Source of the DNA: an uncultured virus (IMG/VR IMGVR_UViG_2660237931_000002)
Lineage: Duplodnaviria > Heunggongvirae > Uroviricota > Caudoviricetes
Direction: 5' to 3' (one strand)
IMG/VR virus record: IMGVR_UViG_2660237931_000002
Span: 1-64,000 of that record
Length of the DNA stretch: 64,000 nt
The position numbers were made by a program, and so were the translations under genes. This document shows positions 28,501 through 38,343 of the stretch, in pieces. The notes beneath the pieces were generated by a model. It saw only the letters and a list, made by a program, of their open reading frames with translations, was not told where the DNA came from and searched no databases. Position 1 is the stretch's first letter; the number at the start of each line of letters is the position of its first letter.

Positions 28501-31407
28501 CTGCGGAGCATTAACGTACTGCCAGCTGTTACCAGGGTAGGTAACTGACAGATTAGCCTTTGTCACTTCAATCTCTTTCAGGAGGTGAACGGCTTTATTC
28601 GCTGACTCTATACGGCTTGTGGCATCCGGTGCGAACATGAAATTCAGATCAATGCCGTAAGCTTCCGTCAATAATTCACAGAATGAAGTTAGTTGCGACA
28701 GTCTCTCGGGCTCAGTAGAGTCCAGAGTAACTCCCGTCGCCTTCAGTAATTCCTCGGTGGCGTTTTCAAGGTGATCGATGATTGCAGGCAATGAATTTGC
28801 TGCAGCAATGAGAGAAGACTGCCACCCATTGGTCCAGTCAGCCTGCGTAATGAGGTCAAAATGATCGCCGTGCTGTTTCCAGGTATCACGGTTCAGCTCC
28901 AGACGTTTTACTATCTCTCTGAACTGAGTCATCTCTGAAGAAGAATGCAAAGTCGATGCAGGCCAGCTAAAGTGCGGCGTGGCGCTACTTGCATCCCTGA
29001 TAACCGTGCCCATTGCCTGATGGAGCGTTAAGCCATTTGGCCAGCGCAGATGGAGCAAACGGACAACCTCATTGAGTTTGTCTCGCAGGTGCTGCACCTT
29101 GGCCGCTTCTTCCTTCCACTCCGAGGTGGTCAGTAGATCACGCGCATCCCATGCCCGCTCTAGCTGTTTCAGAAAATCCATCTTGGACGTTTTGCTCGAG
29201 TGCAGTTCCAGACAAAATTCACCGAGTCCCTGAGCCTCAAGCCTGCGATAGACCACATCCAGTGCCGCTTTCTTCTCAGCAACAAAAAGTACGCGCCTTC
29301 CCAGCGCAAGGTTATGCGCGATCATATTGGCTATGGTTTGCGACTTACCGGTACCGGGGGGGCCATCCAGAACAAAATCCCTCCCTTTTGCAGAGGCTAC
29401 AACGGCGGCGATTTGCGAGGAATCTGCAGGCAGCGGTAGGAAAAGATCCTGCGTATTGACGTTGTCATCGAGTTCCTCAACGTTGATGACTTCTCCGCTC
29501 TTATCCAGAACGGCATTGTCCTGGCCGCGTTCGATGAGATACTTTACCAGCGCACTTTGCATCAACTGAGGTGCCCGATCGATTAGATCTTTCCACATCA
29601 GATATTTGGCAAAAGAGAATGTGCCAATCACGACATCACGGGTGACTTCGAAACCGGGTATGTCGCGCACAGCACGCCGTACCATATTCCAGATGCCATC
29701 CACATCAACACCACTTTCATCGGTGGGCAGATCGCCATCGAGGCCGTTAATTGTCAGAGCAAAGTCATTATGTAGCAGTTCAAGCAGAGTAAGGTTGAAG
29801 CGGGGCTCTTCTTCCAGCAAACGCATGGTCACGCCCGAAAGTACACTTTTACGGTCAAGCTGAATCGGCAGTAGTATCAGTGGAGCTGAGTAACTTTTGG
29901 GATCATCAGCGGATTTTTTCCATTTAAGGAAGCCCACAGCGAGGAAAAGAGTGTTGGCACCACCTTCCTCCAAATCACTTTTCGATTTTCGATAGAGGTC
30001 GATTAGGGATGACTCGAGGCGGTATTTTTCCATTGCGGAGACGACTTCACCGCGTTCCAGCGCAATCTGGGCGTATTCTTCCCGCAGGTTCTCGTTTGTG
30101 AGCTGCTGATAAAGTTCGGCATCGCGGCCTCCACTCTCTAGATCAGGGAGCGGGACAATGCGAATGCGTTTGCCTTCAGCTAGCTTATCTTCAAGATGGC
30201 CCGGATTCGCACAGATCAAACGAATGCCTTTAGCGCTTTCAGGCAGGTGTAACAGGCGGTTACGGGTGGTTAAGTCCAGAAGTTTTCGTTGCCATTGTAC
30301 AAGCCGGCCCCCAGCTTCTTTTTCGCCAGCTGTTTCAATATCAATGTCAACATCAGGGAGAGAGGGTGCGTCCTCAAACCCATGAGAAATAACCTCCTCA
30401 GCATCAGGCTGTTCTTCAAGGCGAGTGACACCCAGAGCCAGTGGCCGAATTTTCTGCATCCGCGCGCGACGCGAATCAATGGCTGCGTGAAAAACATCCT
30501 CGTTAAGATACTTTAACGCTTCATCAGATGCCTGAGTAAATGAAGGCGGGTGAGCTCTGGTCGCGAGAGTTGTCTCAAATACGACCATTTCTTTTAGGTC
30601 GACACGTTTGCGCACCGCAGAGACGTCTTCTGTCACTAGCTGCGAAAATTCCTGTGGTTGTAACCAGACGCCAGCAAACGCATGACCTTCACTGAGCATT
30701 AGCAGTGAATTCAAACCAATCTGTTCCAGTGCTGAAGCAAATAATAAGGTTGTATCCAGACAGGTCGCGACTTTTCCTTCCAGAATGATGCCTGGTGTGC
30801 GAATTTTCTGGCCATTCCGTTCAAAGCTGGCTGGGGGAAGGGCATAACTGATATTGAGGTTGCAGACAGCAGTCCAGAGAGCTGAGGTAATTTCCCAGAC
30901 ACGAGTTCTCGACTTGCTTTCATAACCATCAAGAGCGTCATTCTTGCCTGCACGGCGAAGGACATCAGAGGCTGCCTTGAGTACACGATCTACCGCCGGA
31001 TCATTAGGAATGATAAATGAAGGGAGCAATTCAATCATTGCGCTGCCGCCCCATTCATTTTTCGCAAGTGCCTCAAGCGAATAATGAGTAATGAAGATTT
31101 CTTCCTCACCCTGGCACAAACTTATGGTGACTTCGCAGAGTACGCTTTCGGTCAGTTCGGCGAGCCATTTGGCATTAAGTTTGACATCCCGATCCCTGAT
31201 ATCCAGTGAAGTACCGGGAAGCAGGCGGTCGATATTCCATTTTTTATCTTCGAGCACGGCTGGCGCGGTCCGCAGATGCAGCGTCAGATCCTGAAATGTC
31301 TCTTCGGACTCATTATGCAAGATGAGCTCACGTAACAGCGGAACTGCATTCTGGTGTGATGTGAACCCCAGCTTGTGCGCGATACTCACCTGCGCTTTTA
31401 TACCCAT
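25516..31407 (-). CDS. DUF4011-SF1 helicase-Vsr/REase-DUF3320 protein (Hhe-like anti-phage defence)
   Basis: WQRKLLDLT.RN.LL, GPPGTGKSQTI, FDEASQ, GDP.QMPP, HYRS, VQGDERD, RLNVAVTRAR, SPFEE..RID..ECDG..YH; AGGAG RBS before ATG 31407. Confidence 0.9.
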   Translation of the reverse strand: MGIKAQVSIAHKLGFTSHQNAVPLLRELILHNESEETFQDLTLHLRTAPAVLEDKKWNIDRLLPGTSLDIRDRDVKLNAKWLAELTESVLCEVTISLCQGEEEIFITHYSLEALAKNEWGGSAMIELLPSFIIPNDPAVDRVLKAASDVLRRAGKNDALDGYESKSRTRVWEITSALWTAVCNLNISYALPPASFERNGQKIRTPGIILEGKVATCLDTTLLFASALEQIGLNSLLMLSEGHAFAGVWLQPQEFSQLVTEDVSAVRKRVDLKEMVVFETTLATRAHPPSFTQASDEALKYLNEDVFHAAIDSRRARMQKIRPLALGVTRLEEQPDAEEVISHGFEDAPSLPDVDIDIETAGEKEAGGRLVQWQRKLLDLTTRNRLLHLPESAKGIRLICANPGHLEDKLAEGKRIRIVPLPDLESGGRDAELYQQLTNENLREEYAQIALERGEVVSAMEKYRLESSLIDLYRKSKSDLEEGGANTLFLAVGFLKWKKSADDPKSYSAPLILLPIQLDRKSVLSGVTMRLLEEEPRFNLTLLELLHNDFALTINGLDGDLPTDESGVDVDGIWNMVRRAVRDIPGFEVTRDVVIGTFSFAKYLMWKDLIDRAPQLMQSALVKYLIERGQDNAVLDKSGEVINVEELDDNVNTQDLFLPLPADSSQIAAVVASAKGRDFVLDGPPGTGKSQTIANMIAHNLALGRRVLFVAEKKAALDVVYRRLEAQGLGEFCLELHSSKTSKMDFLKQLERAWDARDLLTTSEWKEEAAKVQHLRDKLNEVVRLLHLRWPNGLTLHQAMGTVIRDASSATPHFSWPASTLHSSSEMTQFREIVKRLELNRDTWKQHGDHFDLITQADWTNGWQSSLIAAANSLPAIIDHLENATEELLKATGVTLDSTEPERLSQLTSFCELLTEAYGIDLNFMFAPDATSRIESANKAVHLLKEIEVTKANLSVTYPGNSWQYVNAPQIRNALDVADKKFWFFATSARKKVIGEVIRQYSLTSAPDLSVDLPIAETLQTLLQRLTELNSVTLSLPGWAGLDTNVAQLQTTLELAESIRNSLGGFASSPQQLVEIRTAVKNLIIDANDLLGSQGVISALTRKLRTAIANFNDAQVSFCNLIKPAEDKPSLPALRDCALNILQHQSALKAWSDWSRVREEAISHGLQPVINALIHVNSGEISAAEIFETAYCRWFASWMIDSEPLLHNFVPAEHMSDIEAYRAQTDRLAKLTVRYIRARLCGVIPAKNEVSKQSGFALLKHELQKSRRHKPVRQMAAEMGDAMAKLAPCMLMSPLSVAQFLPSDQALFDLVIFDEASQIAPWDAIGTMARGKQVVIAGDPRQMPPTSFFNRAANDTDDDTEEDMESILDECLAAGLYNHSLSWHYRSRHESLITFSNHRYYDSNLITFPASETKQSAVQWCKVTGVYSKGKGRHNQVEAEAIVAETVKRLTDKEFVASGRSIGIITLNTEQQKLVSDLLDRARQHHPEIEPFFQSELEEPVVVKNLETVQGDERDLIIISIGYGPTEPGANTMSMNFGPLNREGGWRRLNVAVTRARQEMMVFSSFDPSFIDLNRTSARAVADLKHFIEFAQRGPEALSQAVRGSVGGYDSPFEEAVANGLRRKGWHVVPQIGVSRFRIDLGIVHPDKPGDYLVGVECDGATYHSAATARDRDKVRSAILQGLGWKLLRLWSTEWWIDKEGALDRLDTAINRLLEESRAAEAALIAEAEKQKQITPVIGHVTNDASEDILVSEITPVANDEEISTSVNPIITPPAEVSEDDGGTELKYASTASQNNNKPAHAGKYVVNDLQEWHDRTDAEQFYIAEYDETLKTLIEAVVTSESPVLDTTLVHRIARIHGFTRAGRLIRERVMEIVDQHYHLAADHSGENFVWLSAEQRADWNAFRLPATDNDIRQVDAIPSEELRALALSIKGDNKIQEMTRSLGIKRLTSQAKKRIESILNVV

Positions 31408-32274
31408 GAAACTAGTTCTCCTTAAGAGGAAATCACTCAAATATGCACAGTAGTGCTGACGACAGGAGACGCATTGAACAGGCAGAAAGCATCAGCAATT
31501 TGATTGCTCTGGCGGCGAGTATCAGAACAGGCGCGCAAGTACAGAAAGCATCATTCGCGGATTAGGTTGGGGGCGAAAGGTAGTGATTGTAAAAATCAAT
31601 GCACGCTTCCTCTACCGTCAAGAGGTCGTCCCTAAGAATCATCTTAGTATTTTGCTAACATTAAAGTATAACGCGAACTTGATCTATAGATTAGGTCAGC
31701 CCAGTAATCTGAGGTGGGATAGCAATTTCAGAAAGATTTATGTTTTTGATAAATATATTTTTTTTCTTTCATCCCACGATTCACTTGTAATGATGAACAA
31801 CAAAAAAAAACAAGAAAAGATGATGTTCGATATAATATTTTGAAAAATTCCTGGATAACAATTGAATATATCTCTTGACCTGTTCCCTGTTGTTGAACAA
31901 GGCACTATTTTAATCATACCTTTGTCAAACTGTGAACTTCCGCTATTCGCTCTAAGCGGTCTTAGAGACTGTCATGGCATATTACCAGGCGCGGAAACCC
32001 TGCGAAGGTAGGGTTATCTCGCCTTTGCTGTTGAGAAAGGTAGTTTAATTTGCACCCGACATCACTCTCATTGATTAAAGCACGGAGTGGAGATTACTGC
32101 GGTCCACAGTTCTGACAAACAGTGAAAGAGAAGGCCTGCGTAAAGAAAAAAGGTGTCGCGATGCGTGATGCAATTACCTTATGACAGACCTTGCGGTGAT
32201 TTACGGCACAGGGCAGATTCCGGACGCTGTGAGCCCACTCATTCCTGCGAAGCCTGATTCTGCTGTACCTCAGG

Positions 32275-32472
32275 CTATATGATGGCCTGCGCAACAATCA
32301 CATCCTGCCCATTAAACGTCGCGGCGGGGGAACCATACAGTTGATAACCAAGCGCCAGTGCTTCTGAAACCCGATGACAAAATTTAGCGTCATCCTTACC
32401 TGTCAGGAGACGATAACGAGGAAGACCATCCGGAGGTTCATGGCCCTTATTTTTTATTTCTGGGTTGCTCAT
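32275..32472 (-). CDS. DUF1737-like small protein
   Basis: YRLLTG.DD..FCHRVSEAL..G..LYGSP. Confidence 0.7.
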   Translation of the reverse strand: MSNPEIKNKGHEPPDGLPRYRLLTGKDDAKFCHRVSEALALGYQLYGSPAATFNGQDVIVAQAII

Positions 32473-32886
32473 GGTAGTGCTCCTCTTCAATTTTAGCCTT
32501 TTTGGCTCTGTCGTTATTTTTATCTTCACAAAACCATAAAAAATCATAATGGTCAATCTGGGCCATGCGTGCAGGGGAGTACCCCCGGGCCCTGGACGTC
32601 CCCTGTGTGCCAAGAGCGGAATCTGGAGCGCCAGAGGCCCTTTAAAAATTGATGATTCGTTTTGCAGGGATACTTACATTGCCACGTGTGTACTGACCAT
32701 CTTAATAAATTCGGGGGTACGCCAGAGGTAGCAACGTTTCTTATCAATGGTGTTGATCACTACAAAAATGACTGTATCCCTGTGATAGCGGATTTCGTCC
32801 TTAGTGGAGAAAAGATCAATCTAAACATGAGCATGGGTTAGCGAAAAGTGGCATTAAACGCTTGAACATTTCACCTAACAAGTATA

Positions 32887-32902
32887 CTGTTTATTTATAC
32901 AG
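32887..32902. promoter_or_regulatory. LexA (SOS) box
   Basis: taCTGTTTATTTATACAGta upstream of dinI-like gene. Confidence 0.9.
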
Positions 32903-32923
32903 TACTTGCGTGAGGAGCTAGTT

Positions 32924-33157
32924 ATGAAAGTGGAAATCACAATTGATCGCCAAAAAAAATTGCCGGATGGCGCTGTGCCTGCTCTGGAGAAGGAGCTACT
33001 GCGGCGATTGGATCAAAACTTTAATAACTGCAGTCTTGTGATTCGTCGGGCCAGCTCCGATGGGTTGACCGTGCTTGGTGGAATGGACGGAGATAAAAAA
33101 CGTGTAGAGGAAATCCTGCAAGACACCTGGGAAAGCGCTGATGACTGGTTCTATTAA
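32924..33157 (+). CDS. dinI: DinI-family protein
   Basis: MKVEITI..LP.GA..ALE.EL.RRL..ILQDTWESADDWF. Confidence 0.9.
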   Translation: MKVEITIDRQKKLPDGAVPALEKELLRRLDQNFNNCSLVIRRASSDGLTVLGGMDGDKKRVEEILQDTWESADDWFY

Positions 33158-33201
33158 GTTGAGGTCCAGTAGCTTGCCTGGTTTATTTTGAGGATTTTGC
33201 T

Positions 33202-33459
33202 GTGAGTAAAAAACAAGAAATGCCGAACACCGGCTATGCAATTATCAGATGCGACGATGGGGTGATCGTTGCTCGTCTTACATCCTTTCCTGTGTGTGAG
33301 CGCGCTTTAATGTACCGGCGCGGCGACACTGTTTCGTTTATGCCTTTGCAGCCGGATGAGATAGTGGGGACTCTCTCTCTTTTTTCACAGATGATTGAAA
33401 AGGCTAGGTCTGGAGTTGGTTACCAGGTTCCCCCTGGTTCTGTTACAATCCCGTCATAG
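33202..33459 (+). CDS. Hypothetical phage protein
   Basis: GAGG RBS, GTG start, in operon. Confidence 0.65.
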   Translation: MSKKQEMPNTGYAIIRCDDGVIVARLTSFPVCERALMYRRGDTVSFMPLQPDEIVGTLSLFSQMIEKARSGVGYQVPPGSVTIPS

Positions 33460-33499
33460 GCCTGAACAACCTATACCTGCTGCGTCACGGAGAGAAGCC

Positions 33500-33892
33500 A
33501 TGACGCAAACAACCGAAGTATCAAAATCCCCTCTGACTGGTGCTCCTTCAACGAGCGCCGGTTTACTCTCGTCTTCGAAACTCACTTTTCGACAGCAGGA
33601 AGTTTTCGATCTGCTGGTGGCCTACATCAATCAGCATGGCTACCCACCTACGCTATCTGAGCTGGCCGATATGCTCGGCGTTAGCTCGTCTAATGCTGTC
33701 CTGTTGCATCTGCGTGCGTTAGAGAGAAAAAATTTCATAAAACTCTCTCGCCGTGTCTCCAGAGGAATTTCCATCGTCGGGCGAAAGGAGCCTATGCTCG
33801 CCGTGCAGCTGCTGCAGGAAATGATCGCTGAAGAACCCGGCGCGCGTGAAAGAGCGATTGAGTTTTTGCGACTGTTCGGTGATCAGCCATGA
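33500..33892 (+). CDS. LexA DNA-binding-domain-only protein
   Basis: LTFRQQEVFDLL..YI...GYPPT..ELA..LG..S.NA...HLRALERK..I......SRGI; no peptidase domain. Confidence 0.85.
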   Translation: MTQTTEVSKSPLTGAPSTSAGLLSSSKLTFRQQEVFDLLVAYINQHGYPPTLSELADMLGVSSSNAVLLHLRALERKNFIKLSRRVSRGISIVGRKEPMLAVQLLQEMIAEEPGARERAIEFLRLFGDQP

Positions 33893-34092
33893 AGAAAAGT
33901 TGGTTTTTACACGAGCAGCTTTCAGAGGCTGAGGCTACAGAGCTGGTGGATCGATACCGTAAAAATAACTGTGTGGTTGAGAAGAGCTTATCCAGAGACT
34001 TTGCATCGTGGGAGATCCGCGTGTTGTTGCCGGAATCGAAGAAGCCGCCACGGATTGACAGGACCTACATACAGAAGATGTGGAGGGACTGA
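33889..34092 (+). CDS. Hypothetical nin-region protein
   Basis: ATGA overlaps at both ends. Confidence 0.7.
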   Translation: MKKSWFLHEQLSEAEATELVDRYRKNNCVVEKSLSRDFASWEIRVLLPESKKPPRIDRTYIQKMWRD

Positions 34093-35123
34093 TGCGAGCT
34101 TTGCTTAACGTGGATATTGCACGTCATCTTGGAATTGTGCTGCTTAAGCCGGGTAGTGAATTAATGCCGTTATTCGGTGCCGGCCGAGTTCTTGTTGAAA
34201 TACCGCCGGCAAGCATGAAAAAGATACCCAGTGGACGTCTTCCTGATGCCCGGCAGCCATTGCGGGATGATATAGGGATCAGACCTTTTTTCATGAAGAA
34301 GGCGGTTATCACTGCAGCTGGTGGGGTTAGTGCCCTCGAGTCATGGTTGCGTAGGCAGGTTAAAAACTGTCAGTGGACACATTCCGATTACCATCACCAT
34401 GAGCTCGTCCCGTTTCGCCATTCGACGGGTGTAATAATCGCATGCTGGCACTGTGATAATGAGCTGAAAAACCAAACGGAACACACCCTCGATCAACTGG
34501 TAGGTGTTAATAACGCTGACTGGGTAATCGACACTGCCCGCATCGCGCTTGGGCTGGACGCTCAGCGATCATTGTCACTGGCGGAGCTATGCTGGTGGGC
34601 GGTAGGCGCCGGGATTGGCGATGAAATTACAGAAGAAATGGCGCGCCGATCCCTGCGTATTAAAGACGATGGCATTAAATCTGTTTACAGGGAGAGTGAG
34701 ATCGTTCCGTCGGTACCGGCCACCAGCATTCTTTCTCCCCGTATCGAAAAAGCAATCAGGCCAACGGCAAAAACAACGCCGGGCAAACCTCTGGTTCCTG
34801 TGAACGTCGATCCTGTTGCACCGGCGACACTATTCGCGAGACCTAAGCGGAGCCGATGGTTATCAGCTGACTTTATCTCATGGGTTAAAAAACAGCCGTG
34901 TATGTGCTGTGGGCAGCCTGCAGATGATGCCCATCATCTTATTGGCTGGGGGCAGGGCGGCGTAGGCACCAAGGCCCACGATATTTTTACGATCCCATTA
35001 TGCCGCAAGCACCACCGTGCTTTGCACCATGACCCTGCCGCTTTTGAGCGTGAATACGGCACCCAGCCGGTATTGATTATTAAATTGCTGGACCGGGCAT
35101 ACGCGCTCGGCGTTCTGGCGTAG
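34092..35123 (+). CDS. DUF968 (YdfU-like) protein with HNH-like C-terminus
   Basis: PCMCCG..ADDAHH..G.GG.GTKAHD.F..PLCRKHH. Confidence 0.88.
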   Translation: MRALLNVDIARHLGIVLLKPGSELMPLFGAGRVLVEIPPASMKKIPSGRLPDARQPLRDDIGIRPFFMKKAVITAAGGVSALESWLRRQVKNCQWTHSDYHHHELVPFRHSTGVIIACWHCDNELKNQTEHTLDQLVGVNNADWVIDTARIALGLDAQRSLSLAELCWWAVGAGIGDEITEEMARRSLRIKDDGIKSVYRESEIVPSVPATSILSPRIEKAIRPTAKTTPGKPLVPVNVDPVAPATLFARPKRSRWLSADFISWVKKQPCMCCGQPADDAHHLIGWGQGGVGTKAHDIFTIPLCRKHHRALHHDPAAFEREYGTQPVLIIKLLDRAYALGVLA

Positions 35124-35139
35124 TAAGGAGAAGAACAGA

Positions 35140-35742
35140 ATGACACCACGTCAACGCCGTCTACACCGTGCAGGATTAGAAACAGTGGCCGCCGCCCCGC
35201 GCAAAAGCTGGCTGGGCCGATTCACTCCCCTTAATGGCATTCAGTCCGCCTGGATAAAATCTCTGCTTACTGTATGGGGAGAAGGTATGAGAGGAGGTGC
35301 GGCCCCTCGCAAACCATCAGGACATTCATGCTGGCGAGGTATGAAGGGTGATCACTGGTCAGATAGAGCATTAGAGCGCTTTACGGCAGCAATTGAGCAG
35401 GCAAGGAGTGAAGGCTATCGCGGGCGGCAGGCACTAAGCAGGGCGCATGCCATTTTGTGGCCAAAACCTGCAACTGTGGCCATTGACGCTGCGATCACTG
35501 AGGATGATGTTGAATTTGTTGAACGATGTGTACTGGCGATATTTGAAACGGGTGATCCTGTTTATCTCGTTGGCGTTAACTATTACACCACCCGCAAAAA
35601 AATCTCAGACATAACACGGGAAATACAGCTGGTGGCGCCATGGTTAACAGACAGTGAGGCCCGGAAAAGAGTGCGCTGGTGTCTTGAAATATTCAGAGCA
35701 AAAGCTTTCCTTTCTGTTCATAAGGCGATTCATGCGGATTAG
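35140..35742 (+). CDS. Late antiterminator Q-like protein
   Basis: Last gene before late control region and lysis; QSAWIKSLLTVWG; R.RVRWCL C-term. Confidence 0.7.
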   Translation: MTPRQRRLHRAGLETVAAAPRKSWLGRFTPLNGIQSAWIKSLLTVWGEGMRGGAAPRKPSGHSCWRGMKGDHWSDRALERFTAAIEQARSEGYRGRQALSRAHAILWPKPATVAIDAAITEDDVEFVERCVLAIFETGDPVYLVGVNYYTTRKKISDITREIQLVAPWLTDSEARKRVRWCLEIFRAKAFLSVHKAIHAD

Positions 35743-35985
35743 CAAAAAGTGCTATGTTGACTTTTTGGTATTGAAAATGGGCCAGAAAGTTAGATAATCC
35801 CTTCATGCTTGGCAGAGCTGCGCCACTCGGCAGCGACAAAAAGCGACAATCTGAATATAACGAAGACCCCGCCCGTGCGGGGTTTTTGCTTTCCGGCGAT
35901 ACGACAGGGGTATTCGCGAGATGCGCTGCATCAATACCCCTGTCATATCGTCGTATTGCATACGCAATCTCACATGCTTCAGCAT

Positions 35986-36189
35986 TCACCGAGGATTTTT
36001 AATGATTTTTTTGAAGATCTCTAGGGCTTCGGTTGTTAACTGATCATGTTCGATAAAGTAACTGTCACATGCTGCCTACTTTTGAGCAGGGGATAGATTA
36101 GGGTTGCTTGTTAATTCAGCGGTTTTAGCTGCTATTTCTGCCAAACGTTCAAAAATCTCTGAAATTCTTTGGTTATCAGTAGATAGCAT
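35986..36189 (-). pseudogene. Small moron with internal TAG
   Basis: MLSTDNQRISEIFERLAEI..SPAQK*AACDSYF..KNPR*; GAGG RBS. Confidence 0.55.
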
Positions 36190-36371
36190 TTTACTTACCT
36201 CGTATTTACCTGATATCAGTGGGTGACTGCATTGAGTCAGGGCTTTGCAATAGCTTCAAGTATCAGAATGCATACAATTTAAGTGGGCTGTTGCTGGCTT
36301 ATATTATGGCAGAGGCGCTGGCGGTATGGTCAGATATTGACACTTTGAATGTTTGCATCCTAAATTATTGA

Positions 36372-36482
36372 TGTGGTGAATCCCCCTATGCGGAGGGGCG
36401 ACCAGTCAGTTACAGAAACCTGTAAATGCAGCGCGGGCCATGCCGACTGGGGCATGCTCACCGTGAGGCACCCGGCACCACA
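36372..36482 (+). ncRNA. Structured element copy 1 (~111 nt)
   Basis: GTGGTG/CACCAC closing stem, CCCCT..AGGGG hairpin, 3' GAGGCACCCGG element; repeated at 36863. Confidence 0.5.
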
Positions 36483-36862
36483 CTGTCACTAAGCATATTG
36501 AATATTTCATAGTGGGTTTACTTTTGCGGTTGCTCTGCTATGTTTATAGAACGTAAAGGCAAAAGTGAATGCTTCCTGGTAAATCGGTAGCTCGGACTAT
36601 TAGGTGCACCTTCCTTTCGTTACAGCCTTGGTTGCCAATTTTCTTCCCGCTTCTCTGGCGGGTTTTTTTTGCTCGTAATCTGCCCAAATAAATCATCAAA
36701 ACAAGGAAGGCGATGGATTCATTTGCAGGAACTCCTTTCCCCTTCAACGGAGTGAGGCTCAAAGCAATAAGAAGCGGAACAGAAGGATGCTTTACGCCGA
36801 AAAATTAGGTCATAGCGACGTTTGGCATTGAAGAGACGTTATTGAGATGTTAAGTTTTATGG

Positions 36863-36973
36863 GTGGTGAATCCCCCTGAGCGGAGGGGCGTAAACAGTAT
36901 TGTTTTATTGCTAAACCGAATGCGCGAGTCATGGTGGCTGACCAAAGGCTTACCGGGAGGCACCCGGCACCAC
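36863..36973 (+). ncRNA. Structured element copy 2 (~111 nt)
   Basis: Same ends and hairpins as 36372-36482, different middle. Confidence 0.5.
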
Positions 36974-37165
36974 AACTTCACCTCAAGCCCACGTTAACGC
37001 GTAGGCTGTTCTTTTCCAGCGGATCTATTCAAAGGCTGCGCATTTGCGTGGCCTTTTTCATTTCAGGCTCACGGGAATCATCATCGATACGGCTCGTTGT
37101 TAAATCAGCCCGATGGGCCTGACCCCCTACACGCACAAAGCACCCCGTTAATCCGGAGGTGGAGT

Positions 37166-37381
37166 ATGTATCGAATGGACAAGCTAACAACAGGTATTGC
37201 CTACGGAACGTCCGCAGGTAACGCGGGGTTCTGGATGTTGCAATTGCTCGACAAAGTATCCCCATCCCAGTGGGCCGCTATTGGTGTTCTGGGAAGTCTG
37301 GTATTTGGCTTGCTGACATACCTGACGAATCTGTATTTCAAAATTAAAGAAGACCGGCGAAAAGCTGTGCGAGGTGAATAA
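37166..37381 (+). CDS. Phage 21 S-type pinholin with dual start
   Basis: [40 protein letters not shown]. Confidence 0.92.
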   Translation: MYRMDKLTTGIAYGTSAGNAGFWMLQLLDKVSPSQWAAIGVLGSLVFGLLTYLTNLYFKIKEDRRKAVRGE

Positions 37382-37878
37382 TGTCTCCGACACTACGTAA
37401 AAGCGTTCTTGCTGCAGTCGGCGGTGGAGCCTTTGCGATTGCCTCTGCACTCATTACTGGCCCGACGGGTAATGATGGGCTTGAGGGAGTGCGATACGAC
37501 CCTTATCAGGATGTGGTAGGTGTCTGGACGGTTTGCTACGGCCACACAGGTAAAGACATCATGCTCGGCAAAACCTATACCGAGGCAGAGTGTCGGGCGC
37601 TACTAAATAAAGACCTGAATACCGTCGCCAGGCAGATCAACCCTTACATCAAAAAACCGATCCCAGAAACTATGCGTGGGGCTTTGTACTCGTTCGCCTA
37701 TAACGTCGGAACTGGTAACTTCCAGACCTCCACACTGCTTCGCAAAATCAACCAGGGTGACCCTAAAGGAGCGTGCGATCAACTGCTCCGCTGGACCTAT
37801 GCCAAAGGTAAGCAGTGGAAAGGACTTATTACCCGGAGGGAAGTTGAGCGTGAAGTTTGTTTATGGGAGCAAAGATGA
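37381..37878 (+). CDS. SAR endolysin (R21-like lysozyme)
   Basis: Weakly hydrophobic N-term; EG....[13 protein letters not shown] catalytic E-D-T. Confidence 0.93.
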   Translation: MSPTLRKSVLAAVGGGAFAIASALITGPTGNDGLEGVRYDPYQDVVGVWTVCYGHTGKDIMLGKTYTEAECRALLNKDLNTVARQINPYIKKPIPETMRGALYSFAYNVGTGNFQTSTLLRKINQGDPKGACDQLLRWTYAKGKQWKGLITRREVEREVCLWEQR

Positions 37879-38225
37879 GTCGCTTAACCGCCGTTATCAT
37901 CGCTATAACAATCCTGCTGGCCTCTAACGTGATTTCGTGGCGCTCAGGCTGGAGTTCTCACGCTGATCACATCAATGCTCAAGCTTCAAAGAAGAGAGAG
38001 AAGGCCGAGAGTACCATTAAGCCTGTAGAGGAAAAGGCCGCTACTGCTAACGAAGCGGGTAAGGTCATCTACAAAACAATAACCCGTGACGTGGTGAAAT
38101 ATGTTCAGTCTCCGAATCGTATTGTATGCAGGTTTGATGATGATGCTGTGCAGCTGCGTCAGCGCGCCATCGATGCTGCCAACTCCATCCCCGGATTTGA
38201 TGAGCCCGCCGTGCAAAGCAAGTGA
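37875..38225 (+). CDS. i-spanin (Rz-like)
   Basis: N-terminal TM helix, follows endolysin. Confidence 0.75.
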   Translation: MSRLTAVIIAITILLASNVISWRSGWSSHADHINAQASKKREKAESTIKPVEEKAATANEAGKVIYKTITRDVVKYVQSPNRIVCRFDDDAVQLRQRAIDAANSIPGFDEPAVQSK

Positions 38226-38343
38226 CGCCGCGAAGGACAGCGACGAAGATCTGCAGGCTGATATTGAAAGCACTCAGTGCTTGCGGCAACTGAGATTGGA
38301 TAAGTACCGCTGGCAGGCTTATTATAAAGCGATAGCCCGATAG
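38101..38343 (+). CDS. o-spanin (Rz1-like) lipoprotein
   Basis: Lipobox LCSC, Pro-rich segment, overlaps Rz in another frame. Confidence 0.7.
   Translation: MFSLRIVLYAGLMMMLCSCVSAPSMLPTPSPDLMSPPCKASDAAKDSDEDLQADIESTQCLRQLRLDKYRWQAYYKAIAR

Noticed and set aside
26198..31294. Many short plus-strand ORFs
   Set aside because: Antisense shadows of the helicase gene; same for ORFs opposite tape measure, tail tip, tnpC (41720-42565), primase, capsid and terL.
31583..31843. AT-rich ORF upstream of the helicase
   Set aside because: No recognisable motif or clear RBS; probably a remnant or non-coding.
36372..36973. tRNA genes in the Q-lysis region
   Set aside because: No T-loop GTTCGA or D-loop pattern; too long.
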